The notes under the pieces: model-generated
What the model saw: the letters and a program-made list of their open reading frames with translations, nothing else
Told to the model about the DNA's origin: nothing
Databases searched by the model: none
Translations under genes and position numbers: made by a program
In this document: positions 41,162-55,530 of the stretch, piece after piece
How positions within the stretch are numbered: the stretch's first letter is position 1
Layout of the letters: each line of letters starts with the position of its first letter
Origin: Flaccisagitta enflata
Taxonomy: Eukaryota
Direction of reading: 5' to 3'
Length of the DNA: 64,000 nucleotides
Assembly (NCBI GenBank): GCA_965153355.1
Contig: OZ231126.1
Span: 17,112,001-17,176,000 of the forward strand

Positions 41162-41923
41162 CAGTATGATTTTTGTCGTTTGAAATATGCTATGACGAAG
41201 TAATAGAGATAATTGGATTCTGAAAAAAGTTCCTGATAGATAATGTTGATGCATATTGTGATGTGTAACTCCCAGGAATTTTTGACAAAAATTTGATCCT
41301 CGGAAAGAGTACAGAACTAGATGTTATCATATTCAGATTGTTTCTTTGCAAAAAAATGTCATTTGAACTGTTTTCCTTTAAATTGCTCTCATTTCTAAAG
41401 GAATTGAGCTACAGATACCAGATTGGTCTCAAATGAAAGGTATTTTGAAGTAGTTTTCGGGAAAGCTTGAGTTGAAATGCTTTTTTGATATTTCAGATCG
41501 ATTTTTGGACTGTGAACCAACTTTTCATCAAAATTTTTGTCGAGAAACCAATTGTTTTCAAGTTCCTTGTGATGTATCATTAAAGAAAAATTTCCCTCTT
41601 TGTATTTCCTTAAACTATGTCTATGGTAAATTAGGTTGAATTTGAGACCAATCTGGTACCTTTATCTCAATCCGTTTAGAAATAAGAGCAACTTAATGAA
41701 AAACTGTTCAGCTAAGAACTTAAAATCATAGTGTTTTTTACTGATTTTGATCAATATTTCCTCATTTGTCAAAAGGTATAGATTTTTGTAAAAAGTCCTA
41801 AGAGTTACTCATCATAAAATGCATCATCATTAGATTTTACAAACTTTTTACAGAATTGAATTATCTTTAATACTCTTTGTGTGATGTCGTCACAGAATAT
41901 TTCAAACGTGAAAAATCATACTG
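41162..41923. mobile_element. Palindromic MITE, probably Tc1/mariner type
   Basis: TIRs cagtatgattttt..tttgaaatat / atatttcaaa..aaaaatcatactg; internal inverted segments (~41385-41430 vs ~41640-41695); TA on the left, CA on the right. Confidence 0.65.
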
Positions 41924-42421
41924 CATAAATATGAAAATGACCAAAAAACATCAGTTACATGAGTTTTGAGCACTTGAGGGGAAGACATACCGTCAACCAT
42001 GAGTTTTTCCAAACTTTTTTTTCTAGATGCACACTCTCACATAAGGGATAAAAGTCTTAAAACTTTTTGGGACTTAAGATTTGGTTGCGGCTTTACCAAC
42101 CAGTCTCTTTTAGTGAGTTTTAACTGATTCGAAAGAAGCAAGGCCGTTTGCATGGCCACTCAAGTCGCACGCGGGTAGGCAGGGCAATGATTAGACATAA
42201 AAAACTTTGTTTATTAATTTGGGCATGGGCATTAACGCCAAAACAAACACATACACACTAAAAAAAGCAGTGTTACTGATATACAGACAGACGGACGGAT
42301 TAACTGACAAATCATCTGACTAACAAACAATATGAGTCATGGAGTCGCGTGTACAGTGAAAGAAAGACAACCCAGAAGATGATTATTCATTTGTTCATGG
42401 GGCATCTTGTGACATCTGTAT

Positions 42422-44918
42422 TAGGACAGGGGTTCTGACACAGATTTTGGCAGATCCTTCTTGTTAACGGCGCTTTGGCTCAAAATCAATGTAGTATTAA
42501 TGTTCTGCCTTCAAAAGTCACGTTGGGTATCAGGAAATTGTGACCGCCACCCCCCCACCCCCCTCAGAAGGTGGTGACCTCTAAAGATTAAGCAATTCGC
42601 CTTCTTTTGCTAATAAATTCTAAATGGATCATTCAAAAAGCCTGGTGATGGTCTCATTTGAAAGGTATTTACGTGGAGAACATAAAAGATTACTGATATG
42701 AAAGAGGGGTCCCAAGGGGGGCCCTTAAGGGGCCCCTAAAGTGATTGAAGGGGCCCCCAAAGCATCCAATACATGAAAATGTGCAATGATTTGTTAAAAA
42801 AACTAGGTAATGGTGTCATTTAAAACGTTTCTACCCATAGAATATGAAAAATTACTGATATGGAAGAGGGGGCTCCAAAGGGGCCCCTAAAGAACCCCAA
42901 AGAGGTTAAAGGGGCCCTTGAAGGATCTATAACCATGAAAATGTAGATTGGACTCTTTGATAAATCTGATTGTGGTGTTTTTGGAAGGTATCTACGTGGA
43001 GAACATGAAATGTTATTGACATGGATGATGGGGTCCCTAGGTGGCCGCTTAGGGCCCCCAAAGGGATTGAAGAGGACCCCAAAGGATCTAAAGTCTTGAA
43101 AATTTAAAATGAATTGTTCAAAAAATCTGGTAGTGTTCTCATTTGGAAGGTTTTTACATAAAAAACATAAAACGTTACTGATATGGAAAATTTGGTTCCC
43201 AGGGGACCCCTAAGGTGCCGCTGAGGAGTAAAAGAGGGCCCCAATGAATCCAAAATCATGAAAATCTTGAATTGTCATAGTTTTCTCTAAAAGACAGACC
43301 AAAATAAACAATCAGATAACACCTGTTTAACAATTATCGTTCCAACTGCTAAGTGTTGGAAAATAAACACACTTTTTTCAATGTGAATCTCATTTCATTG
43401 ACTTGTATAAAAGTAAATATATAATTTTAACTTATTTTTAAGAAAAAAAACTTGGTTTGATTACATTACAACGAATATGATTAAAATAAACACACTATTA
43501 AAGACTCAGTGACTCAGTGAAATTTCTGTTTTTCATTATCTTGACAACACTTCAATCTTGAGTTTTTAACAGATTATTCGGCATTCCGTCGCCTTTCTAC
43601 CGCAGAAAAGAACTGTCCACTTTAAACTCGAGCAATCAAGTAAGAAAACTTGCTTGCTACCAACATTCAATTGTGGAAAAATATGGTTCGCCTTTATCCA
43701 AATTTTTCCGGTAAAAATTCATGATAACTTATACATCCTGGCTAGTTTGTGTAAAAATTTCAAGCCACTGGCTCGATCTTTTTTATGGTTTTTTTCTTGT
43801 TTAAAGTTGGGACGATAATTGTGAAACAGGTGTTAGGTATACAGACAGAGAGACGGACAAAAAAAAAAAGACAGACAAATGGGCGGATAAACCAAGAGAG
43901 TGAAAGCGCAGAGTGTGGAGTTCAGTTGATTTAGCTGGGCAATCAGTTATGTGTCAAGATTAAGGGAAAATCTTGACACATTTGTCTGTCTGTCTTTTTG
44001 TGTGTCTGTCTGTCTGTATACCTATCTGTTTGTTTATTTTGGTCTGTCTTTTAGAGAAAACTAAGACAATTCATGATTTTCATGATTTTGGATTCATTGG
44101 GGCCCTCTTTTACTCCTTAGCGGCTCCTTAGGGGCCCCCTGGAAACCAAATTTTCCATATCAGTAACGTTTTATGTTTTTTATGTAAATACCTTCCAAAT
44201 GAGACCACTTCCAGATTTTTTGAACAATTCACTTTAAATTTTCAAGACTTTAGATCCTTTGGGGTCCTCTTTAATCCCTTTGGGGGCCCTAAGTGGCCAC
44301 CTAGGGACCCCATCATCCATGTCAATAACATTTCATGTTCTCCACAAAGATACCTTTCAAAAACACCACAATCAGATTTATCAAAGAGTCCAATCTACAT
44401 TTTCATGGTTATAGATCCTTCAAGGGCCCCTTTAACCTCTTTGGGGTTCTTTAGGGGCCCCTTTGGAGCCCCCTCTTCCATATCAGTAATTTTTCATATT
44501 TTATGGGTAGAAACGTTTTAAATGACACCATTACCTAGTTTTTTTTTAACAAATCATTGCACATTTTCATGTATTGGATGCTTTGGGGGCCCCTTCGATC
44601 ACTTTAGGGGCCCCTTAAGGGCCCCCCTTTGGGACCCCTCTTTCATATCAGTAATCTTTTATGTTCTCCACGTAAATACCTTTCAAATGAGACCATCACC
44701 AGGCTTTTTGAATGATCCATTTAGAATTTATTAGCAAAAGAAGGCGAATTGCTTAATCTTTAGAGGTCACCACCTTCTGAGGGGGGGGGGTGGCGGTCAC
44801 AATTTCCTGATACCCAATGCGACTTATGAAGGCAGAACATGAATACTACATTGATTTTGAGCCAAAGTGCCGTTAACAAGAAGGATCAGCCAAAATTTGT
44901 GTCAGAACCCCTGTCCTA
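42422..44918. mobile_element. Foldback element copy 2 with central spacer; hAT-like
   Basis: TAGG..CCTA termini, ~0.95-kb inverted arms, perfect 8-bp TSD atctgtat (42414-21, 44919-26), ~100-bp spacer near 43880-43980. Confidence 0.92.
43319..43833. mobile_element. TA-target MITE inserted in the left arm of foldback copy 2
   Basis: TIRs acacctgtttaacaattatcgttccaact / agttgggacgataattgtgaaacaggtgt; TA duplicated; the right arm shows the empty site (tatacctatctg). Confidence 0.85.
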
Positions 44919-46044
44919 ATCTGTATGAGTACGTGAGCAAAGAGCTCCGTGTAACTTTTCACCTTTCCTCCAATTCATCTCTCTCTTATTTTGTTCTTTT
45001 TTGCTCTTTTCGTCTCTTTTTTTTATCGTTTTTTTTTTCCTTTTTTGGTGAGACTTGACCTCATTGTTGTTGGCCTGAATGAGAGATGAATAGATGATGT
45101 TATGATGCAGAGCACAGACTGAACCTTAAAATGCAGTTCTAAGACTTCTGCAAAACTGGCAACAAAATGCTTCTAGTTTTGTCTTTTATTAACTGATTAA
45201 GTTTTGGTAAGTTTGATGATCCAACATTCTCACATTTAAGATACACACTTGATTACTAGTAGAGCACAAAAAAGATGCAGAAAATGTTTTCTGTAATTTT
45301 TGTCAATAAAAACAGTTGATAAACACTTCTGCTTTTGTGGCAACAGGGCCCATACGCGATTTTATTACCTAGCCTGGAGAGGATGGACTATTTCAAACAG
45401 CGGACTACATGGCAACATGGATGACAGATTGCAATTCAGAGACCATAGACTATAGTCGACAAACCGCAGACAACAGACCGATAAGGAAATGATGTTAACA
45501 ACTACTGATGTTGAAAACCAGTGACTTGAAATGACTTGCAACGACTTAGAATGAGTTTAGAAAAAAAATGAGTGCAAAAAAAGAAAAAATAGACTGACGG
45601 AAACACAGACCGACTGACGGATGAATGGACCAACGGACAGTCAAAGCAAAGCAACGCGCATGCGACTGAAAATTGACAATATGCTAAAAATGTACGTTAA
45701 TCTTTCAGAGTTGCTTGGCTGAAGCTAGTTCTCAGGTGGTGGATTCAGGTTGTGTTATCTAACTTTGTTTCGACATTCAAAATGAGAAAATGGAAGTAGG
45801 CCAATGTTTCCTCCTCTTCCTTTCCTCAGTCTTTTCCTCTCATTCAGAAATCTTATTGGCACCAATAAGTACCACGAGAATAAATTGAGTTTCTGAGGAA
45901 GACGTCGCGTGCGTGACAAGTTTTCAACGACAAAAATAACATCGATAAAAAGACACCTTCAACACATACAGTAGATCTCGTCTAGACTTAAGGTAACGGG
46001 GGCAAGCATTGTAAAAAAAGAAATGAAGCCAGAGGAATGATATT

Positions 46045-46372
46045 CAGGGGTGTATATAATTGAACGGCTTTTGATTTTATTCCCCCCCCCCTGCCTTTGA
46101 TTTTCTTCCCCGCGCCGCGTCGCGTCGCGATACAAAATCTATGATTTTCTGCCCCACAAAGCAATAAAACAGTATATTTTAGGTTTAAATGGTGTTAAAT
46201 TGTGTTGTAATAATCAAATTTTACCTTTTGGTACTACCAAAAGTGTTGAATCTTCAAAAATTTTCTTTTTTCTTTTTTTCAAGTTTTTGATTTTTTTCCC
46301 CTTCTCCAAACCCTTTGATTTTATTCCCCCCCCCCCCCGCCGGGGGGGAATGCTCAACTATATACAGGCCTG
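46045..46372. mobile_element. hAT-type MITE inside a palindromic host element (~46004-47030)
   Basis: caggggtgtatataattga / tcaactatatacaggcctg; TSD atgatatt / gtgatatt (7/8). Confidence 0.7.
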
Positions 46373-47272
46373 GTGATATTTGAAACATAGACTAATAAAG
46401 GGATGTTTTTTAGATGCGTCCGTCAGGAACGCATCTCTATAAGAGGGTCCGTCGGTCCGTCGGTCCGTCCGTCTGTCCGTCCGTCCGTTACGCCTGTGCA
46501 AGAACCCTGTTTCTTGGCTGTTTTTGGCCACGGTGAGATCCTACACTGAAACAAATGATCAGTCAACATGTTTGAGAGTCTTTTCACCCGTCTGTTTGTC
46601 CATCTGTCACTCCATACATATGTCACATGATCAATACACGCTGGGACACAGCCCGGACGCATCATTGCCCGGTCGGGCTTGTTTGCCTATGATAGCTGGT
46701 TGCCATAAAAACGCATTTCCATGTATTTTCGCTGAAATATCAATATTTTGAGAATTTTTTTGAGGGAACATTTTTTTTAATTAAATTTGCTACAACTTTC
46801 CCACAGTGTGTTCTGTAAGAATGTCGCTCGTTTAGCAGTTGCTAGGGGTTGTCACACATAGATACGCTGCTTAGCAACGGCCAAACGAGCGACATTCTTA
46901 CAGAACATACTGTAGGAAAGTTGTAGCAAATTTGATTTTAAGCTATGTTTCCTAAAAAAATCTCTCAAAATATGACCAGTCTATGAACTAAATATCACTC
47001 CCCTGGCTTCATTTGTCTTTCCACAATGCTTGGACGGACCAACCAACGAATGGACAGTGACTTGTTGAGTCGAGTAGCACGGGACTAAAAAGATGCGATT
47101 ATGAATAACTGATCATGTTTATGAATAGTTCTTTAATCTAGCACCCATCTTCTATTTCCGTGGTTTTTTTTCCACGGTGGCCTCAAAATATGACATGTGT
47201 ATTGTGCAAAAAGAAAATATCAAAGGGAATGGCACAGCGCGGCGGCCGCACGATGTCACGAGCGGGAAGGGC

Positions 47273-47387
<115 letters not shown>

Positions 47388-47748
47388 GACAGAAAGAAAT
47401 TACTGTTAAGATATACCAACGACCGGGACAGAGACAGACGGACGGAGAGACAAAACGACCAATAAACCGGGAACAAAAACAGCAAAAGCCAGAAAATGGA
47501 AGACAGTCACCAGATATATAGACAAACGAACTGACAAAAATACTATGGAAAAGACGTGCGTACCGACATTATCAGATAGAGAAGGAAAGACGGAATGCGC
47601 AGATAACAGGGTAGACAAACAAATCGATTGTATGTCGAGCCGTGCAAAACATGCGATCTCAAGGCACGCGAGGTGGGGCGAAACAAAAATTACACAATCA
47701 CATTGAGCAAAGGAAAAGAAACCGTTTGAAAGAAGATGGAAAGCAACA

Positions 47749-47844
<96 letters not shown>

Positions 47845-48141
47845 CTTTCTGTAAGTCTATCTATCTGTCTGTCTTTGTCTATGTCTGTGTAAAAACGACA
47901 AACAAATCTTTCCATCATTAACAATATACCTCGTACTAAATCTTCATTTTTTTAGGACCCGTCATATGAAACCATTTAGCACAGATAGCTCGGGGTTAGC
48001 TTTGCCCTTAGCAATAGCAGGCTCGCATGGACCAAAACGAAACATCTGGAGAATTTCTCATGGTCAATACTTATTTGTCTTTCTTCTCCCTTTTTCCCTG
48101 CAAAGTTTTGTGCCCTTCTTCTTCTCCGTTTTAGAGAGAGC

Positions 48142-48308
<167 letters not shown>

Positions 48309-50664
48309 CATGGTGGTTGGACGCCCCTTCCCATCTGTACGCAACGATATTGTTATCCCACGTTACTTAGTATTGTAGTATTAGTAAATGATATCAAACT
48401 TTAGTGGTACCCTGCCTTCATAAGAACACTTCAGCTATCTTAGTTTTTCTTTCCAGTTTTTCTTTTTGTATTTCGTCTTGTAATTTACCGAATATAGGAA
48501 TGTAAGAGTCAAAGCCACAAAACGATTCCTTGCTGATGATCTATTCTTCGTAAACCTTCGAATTCTTGGATGCCAAGGTCATAGAGGGATTTATATTTTG
48601 TAAACTTTATTTGGAAAAAAGTCAAAGAGACGAAGTCCCTTCGGTCTTTCTGAGTCCTGCAGCGAAAAACAGATTTCCCTTTGTTTTATGAAGCGTTTGG
48701 GAAAGTTGCTGCATTTTTGGGGCAGAATGAGACTATGCATGATATTAATAGCTAAGAAAGAGCTAAAACTCCCCTTCCAGATGACGCCAAGCAGAATTCT
48801 GTGCGATCAATAATTTTAGAGCTATGATTTTTTAAATCTTTTTTTATTTTTTCGCATTTTTCACATTTTTCCCCAAAACAAGGAATTGAGTTAGTTGAAG
48901 TCAATTTGAACTTTGAAATGTCCCAGGTGATGATTGTGCATCCTGGCAGTACAATCTCTCTCTCATTTCAACTCTGGACTCTATGAGAGGCTTTGTCCGT
49001 CAGTCCATCCATTGGTCTATTAGTCTGTCTGTCCGTCCAAGTGGAAAAGTGGAAAAACAAGCGGTCTAGATGCTTGTGTGTGGGGGTTTGGGTTGGAGTG
49101 TGGATGGGGGGGTGGATGCCTCTGTCCACCTGTCCGCAATGATATTGTAACCCCGTGTTACATGAGAGAAGGGGACAGGGAGAGAGAGAGAAGGGGAGAG
49201 AGAAAATGAGAATGGGAGAGAGAAAGAGAAAAAGAGACGAGCAAACAAAGAACAAAAAGAGAAATACATGTAGAGAGTTGAACAAACCAAAAAGATGCCC
49301 GGAGAAAAAAAAAGGCAATCAACCAGACAAAACAAAATCACAAAAAATTCCAAAACCTCGCACTTACGACTTTTTTCCTACGGTGAGAGTCGCCTTTATT
49401 GGTAGATAATCTTCAAGATAATCTTCAGAAGAGGTTGTCTAATCCACAAGACGGTTTCAATTGTCTCACCGATAAGGATTTATTTTTAGATGCGTATAAG
49501 AGATGCTGTGTCCATAGGTAGGTCCGTCTGTCTATTCGTCTGACACCAGAAAATTTCTTAACGTGATTTTCTGGGTTTACTCTTCATTTCTCTTTATGTC
49601 TCTTCATTTCTCTTCATTCCTCTTTGTGTCTCTTTATCTATCCCTTCATGTATCTCTTCATGTATCTCTTCATGTGTCACTTCATTTACCTCTTCACGTG
49701 TCTCTTCATGTGTCTTCTCACGTGTCTCTTCATGTGTCTCTTCATATGTCATTTTATGTGTCTCTTTATGTGTCTCTTCATGTGTCTCCTCATGTCTCAT
49801 GTCTCCATGGCTCTTCATGTCTTCATGTTCAACTTTAGAAGTGTCCTTGCATTATCATGGGCGTTGGGGATATCTCATATCTTTATATCTTGATATCATT
49901 GTGTTTTGATATCTTTATCTTAGTATCTTTGTATCTTGATATCTCACAACTACGGAAGACGCATCTATTGGAAATCTCTTGGCCTTGTTGAGAAAAATTT
50001 TGATGTCAAGGCTTTGTCATTCAATAATCATTTCATCGTTTAGTAAGCATAATTTGAGATGTTGAGATTAAACCGATACCTCTTTCATAGTCAAAAGACG
50101 GTTCCGATAATGCCTTGATAATGGATGAACTTTTTTTAGATGCAAGGACGCAACTCTTCAAGTCGCTGTGTCTGTCAGTCCGCTTGATCATTCGTCTTCT
50201 TACATCGTGTATCCGGCCTTTGTATGCATCACAATCCCTCCCCTTCGACCAAATTAGCATCTGCAATAACACATCTCCTGCCTACTATCTTGCGAATATG
50301 TATATAGACAAGCATTATGGGGCATATCTTCCCAAAGAATGATACAAACATAAGAAAATTGGTGATGTTTGGAAACCTCATGGAATTTCCGAGCTAATGG
50401 CGCAAACCGCAATGCTTTTACTTGCTACCCCAAGCAGAAAATAGCCCCCCCCCCAAAAAAAAAAAGCATTTAAGAATTTCATAGTTCCAAGCGCAACATT
50501 GTCAGTTACGAATGAACCTTTTTGTTCAGACCAGGGTGACAAATTGCTGTCAAGTTGGCTTCAAGTTGGCGTCAAGTTGGTCTGCAAATAATCCAGATAA
50601 CACTTTTTTAACAGTGCGATCAAACTGTCACAGAGTCAGATGCAGAAGCTACAGTTGTGGCTGT

Positions 50665-50796
50665 ATGTCCAGGCTCAAGAGAATCGTTCTCAAGGTGTAG
50701 GAGAACGTCACACCATCTTACATCAAATCACTTGATGGAAGCATGCCGAGGCTCTCAATAGCCATAGTTAATGCCCAGGAAGGTCAGACAAAATAC
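50665..50796 (+). pseudogene. Tc1-family transposase C-terminal remnant
   Basis: MSRLKRIVLKV*ENVTPSYIKSLDGSMPRLSIAIVNAQEGQTKY resembles the Tc1 tail W..I.....L..SMP.R...VI.AKGG.TKY, with the Trp position changed to TAG. Confidence 0.75.
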
Positions 50797-51453
50797 TTGT
50801 TGTGTCTAACAAATGTCTAATATGTTCCATGATAAATAAAGGAACTGCATATAATTTTGTCTATATAATTTTTAACAAAATAGCATTTGCGCGCGAGTAA
50901 AGGCCGTGATTAGTTCCAACTTCTAAGGCTATTGACCTCGGTGGATATTAAGCTGTTTCTATTTTGTTATCATTGTTGAGTAACGTTGAACTGAAATGTT
51001 AGCCAACAATCGAATGGAGCGGAGTATGCAAACAGCATGTGATTTCTGCTTGAAAATGAATAATGTTTCGTATTATGATATTAAAAGATAATCCTCCATT
51101 TCCTGAGACCTGCAGAGGAATTCTCCAGGGAGAAAACTCGTGGCGTTACAACTTTCATATATATTTTAGTACCATGGTATAGAATGCCGGCGATCCCATA
51201 TGGTTGATTCTCGATTCTTGCCTTCAATGGTATGGTTTTTAACAACATTGCCTTTGATATCTAGATTATCCTTGGATAGCTACATCATCATTTGGTAATT
51301 TGTTTGTAACAATTGGGATGAAATATTACAAAAAATTTTGATTTCAGATTTTGGGGTTGACATAAGATTTTTTGAAAGGGTTGTTTCAGGAAGAAGAGTT
51401 TCAGTTTCTTGCTATTTTTGGTATATGAGGAGTATGAGAAGGTGCCCAGATGG

Positions 51454-52068
51454 CACTGTGCTTTTAAGAAAATTCTCAGTGGAAAGTCATATAACTGTGG
51501 GTTTTTCTGCATTTTTGAGCAGTTTTGGGATGTAAGAGTATGTAACTAGCAAAAATAAAATCATTCCCCGAGCGCTTTTTGAGTAATCTTCAAAATAGAA
51601 AAAAATCAACCTATTTTTAATGCAGATTCTAATGAGTTGTATAGGCTCATTTTTTGATTCCATATTGTTATTCTATACAAAATTTCCTTTCGTTTGATAG
51701 GTCGCACTTTATGGTTTTATAAAGAAATTAGGTTTTTATATTTTGAGCCACCGTTACTTTTTTGTAACGGTGACTCAAAAAATGAAAACCTTAATTCTTT
51801 GCAAAAGTATAGAGTGCGACCTATCAAATGAAAGAGAATTTTGCATAGATTAACAATATAGAATCAAAAATTTAGTCAACACATCCCAGAAGAATCTGCA
51901 TTGAAATTAGGTCTATTTTTTTCTGATTTTGAAGGTTACTCAAAAAGCGCTCAGGGAATGATTTTGTTTTTGCTAGTTACATGCTCTTACACCCCAATAA
52001 TGCTCAAAAATGCAGAAAAACCCACAGTTATATGACTTTTCACTCAGAATTGTTTTAAAAGCACAGTG
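51454..52068. mobile_element. 615-bp palindromic MITE, CACTGTG..CACAGTG ends, 4-bp TSD (Chapaev/Transib-like)
   Basis: Arms complementary up to the centre near 51760; ATGG at 51450-53 and 52069-72. Confidence 0.8.
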
Positions 52069-52595
52069 ATGGATATGGTTTCCTTGGACACGCCATATTT
52101 ATCAAGTGTTTTCTTGTAGTCTGCATATCTCATGTATAGACAGAAATTGGTGACTTTTTTTAAATGATGCATAACTTTTGACCAGTCTTGTGATAATTTC
52201 TGTAGAGGGAATATTTCTTTAGAAATTTAAAGGATAGTTGTGATGGGTCCGGATTAAACACCAGTGAGAGCTCCAAAGGCTCTCATCCTTTATTAAGGTA
52301 GGGTTGAGTAGTAATGTTGTCCAACTTTCATACATTGGAAAATCTGGATTGTGTGACAGATATTGGAGAAAAGTGGGTGGTGTGCCACATGTGTGTGTGT
52401 GTGTTGTCACACACGAAGAAGAGTGTGGCGTTTTAGTGTTCCACCATCATAGAACAGAACAAACTCATATCCAAGAAAAGAGTGAAACAAGACACTTTGT
52501 TTCCCCGGTAAAACGGTATTTCCTTCTAAGTTCAGACATGCAACAATTCATTCTTTAGATTCAATAACGTTCTTCCAGTGAGAAGATTTCAGTAA

Positions 52596-52680
<85 letters not shown>

Positions 52681-52854
52681 TTTCACGGTCGTTGTTTGAT
52701 TCGCGCTTGCGCCTTTTGAAGCAAGGCTTGTTCAATACAAAGCACGTGTGGACCATCTTGGTCAAAACCGGAGTTATAAAGATAGCTGATTAAGTTTCGC
52801 GTTTCGTAGTTTCTCCATTGAGCGCCCACCCGCCTCTGTTCATTTTAGCTCTTA

Positions 52855-53352
52855 CACTTTTTTTTTTATATAAGAACGTCATTTTTTGAGCAAGCCTTCA
52901 ATGTTCTTAAATTTTGAGCAGTTTCAAGGCTTGAACATTCTTAAATTGTTCTTAATTTAAACGCATTTTTAACCTTCAATTAAGAACGTTCTTAATTAGT
53001 TTTAAGTTTGTCATAAAGGAGAAAATAAAGGAAAATATCAATGAAACAACAAACTAGCAGATTTAAATGTTTTAAGTGTTTTAAGATCAATGAAAGTAGA
53101 AAAATATACGCTATTTAAAGTGAGACATGATTTGCTCAATATAAAAGATACACAGTCTATCCATTGACAAGGTACAATTGATTAAGAAAAGCACAGAAAA
53201 AAAATGTTCTTAAATTTTTAAGATCTTAAACCTAATGTTCTTAAATTTTAGAAAAAATGAAGCCTTCCAATGTTCTTAGCATGTTCTTAAATTTTTAACG
53301 TTCTGAAGCCTAACGTTCTTATAAACTTGGTTCTTATAAAAAAAAATAAGTG
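52855..53352. mobile_element. TA-target MITE (cacttttt..ataagaac family)
   Basis: cacttttt..ataagaac / gttcttataaaaaaaataagtg with TA flanks; gttcttaa internal repeats. Confidence 0.75.
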
Positions 53353-54376
53353 TACTTCTGCATAGACCCGCTCAGCCCTTTCAATATTGCACATTTCAAG
53401 GTTTCTTCGAAGTTGTGAGCATTTGTTTGAACCATATCATGCTAAAAAGAATTTCGGGAGAATCTTTTAACTTGATTTAAGAATGTAACCCCGACCCCCC
53501 CCCCCTTCCCCCCCAGAAAAGGTAAGATCACAGCTCGGGACTCTTTTCGATTGCATCCCACTTTTGAAGATCATTTTTCAAAAATGGATGGATGGATGGT
53601 TGGTCACGCTCGAGTTGAAAATCGCAAAAAAATGTTAAAAATCAATTGAAAACCAATCTTGTTTATCATTCGTGTTACTCGTCAATTCATCTATTATGAT
53701 ATTTATACACGGTTAGGTTAAATGGAGCTTGGGAAAGGATGGGATAGGATAGTATATGCCTAAGGAATTTTGATAGTGCAAAAGACCAGGTGTATATGTG
53801 TATGTAATGGAAGCTTACACTATATAAATGTCCATAATTTTTCCAAATTCTCTTCAGGTTCTCTTTCCGTTTTGATGATTGTATGAGATTTGTATAGGAT
53901 GAATTGTTGCACATGCCATATCGAGCACGGAATAGGTCTGATAGAGCTCGGGATAGGTCTAAGAATTTATGTTACTTGTCATTTCATTTTAAACCATATT
54001 CATCTACGGTTAGGTCAATAGAACTTGGCATAGGTCTGATAGAGCTAGGGATAGGTCTAAGAATTGAAAAAGCCGGCGCACCGTCTTGGCCCATGTATCC
54101 GGCCTTGTTTGATAAAATGTTAGTTTGCAGTATTTTGGATCAAGACGAATTAAGTCATTTCCCATCGATTGTCCCCCAAAAGACATTATACCGAAACTGA
54201 TACAAATGTGATACTAATGATATGATACCAATATGATACTAATTTTCACAATGAGTTTTCAATTTCAAGAGCGCCCCGTGGCGCAAAAAAGAAAACAATC
54301 ACAATGAAATACTTGCTTGTCGTCACAATCAATCGAATTTTCGTTTTAACAACGGCTATCAAATTTGTGTTCACAG

Positions 54377-54517
54377 TGACATCCGGCGGAGGAGGAGGAG
54401 GAGGAGGGACGGCGGCGTTACCGGCTGGGGCTCAAATCACCGACAGCGCGGCCGCAGCGTCGGTCATGGCCGCAGCTTACCAACGACTATTCGCTTTAGA
54501 AGCTACCAGAGCGCATG
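54377..54517 (+). CDS. ush: Probable coding exon H (Gly/Ala-rich)
   Basis: tttgtgttcacag acceptor, G|GTATGT donor. 141 nt, phase 1/1: TSGGGGGGGGTAALPAGAQITDSAAAASVMAAAYQRLFALEATRAH. GC-rich island, phase compatible with exon G. Membership of the same gene is inferred. Confidence 0.72.
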
Positions 54518-54526
54518 GTATGTTTT

Positions 54527-54575
<49 letters not shown>

Positions 54576-54615
54576 GAGTGAGAGCGAGAGCGAGAGCGAG
54601 AGCGAGAGCGAGAGC

Positions 54616-54658
<43 letters not shown>

Positions 54659-54680
54659 TAGAAAAGAAAGAAGAAAAAAA

Positions 54681-54766
<86 letters not shown>

Positions 54767-54923
54767 CAAAGAAAGAAACAAAGAAACAAAGAGAGGAAGA
54801 AAGAGTGGAAGCAAGAGTGGAAGCAAGAGAGGGAGAAAGACAGGAAGAAAGGAAGAAAAAAAACGACAGAAAGGCAGACGGACAGATCGACATACAGACA
54901 GACAGACAGAAAGAAAGAAAGAA

Positions 54924-55462
54924 AACTAGTCATCCAAGGATCGCACATGGTCAGCGGTACCCGATGCCCTGCTTGAAGTAATCAGCTAAAGAGGTGGAGT
55001 GTGAGCAGGGCAGCGGCCCCAAAGGGCTGATGTCCTGTAGGACACGGGTGAATTTCCACACGTCCTGAGAGAGCATATTTGGGGTAATTTTCCATAATAT
55101 TCATTGGGAATTTGGAATTTTTCTCAATTTTTTGTCAATTTGCCATGTTATTCAGTGGGAATTTGAGGCCTGAGAGGCTGGATTAAAAGCCCAAGAGGCT
55201 GAATTTGAGGCCCATGAGGCTGGATTTGAGGCCTGAGAGGCTGGATTTGAGGCCTGAGAGGCTGGATTTAGGGCCTGAGAGGCTAGATTTGAGGCCTGAG
55301 AGGCCAGATTTGAGGCCCGAGAGGCCAGATTTAAGGCCTGAGAGGCTGGATTTGAGTCTGGGGAGGCTTGAGAAGCTTCGAAGGGGGGGGTACGTACGGA
55401 AGGACGTACATAATTTTTTGCCCCTGTGTCCTACAGGACATCGGCCCTTTGGGGCCGCTGCC
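54924..55462 (-). mobile_element. HINE-like family D element
   Basis: Ends nearly identical to 1046-2557; well-preserved 21-bp array at 55162-55360. Confidence 0.75.

Positions 55463-55530
<68 letters not shown>

Noticed and set aside
47956-48062. Possible extra exon (ttttttag acceptor, TRHMKPFSTDSSGLALPLAIAGSHGPKRNIWRISH)
   Set aside because: Only the phase-2 entry is open, which does not fit the flanking phase-1 exons; weak GTCAAT donor; no recognisable motif.
50880-52400. Decayed coding-like sequence around the 51454 MITE
   Set aside because: Stops in the frames I read and no family motif I can name.
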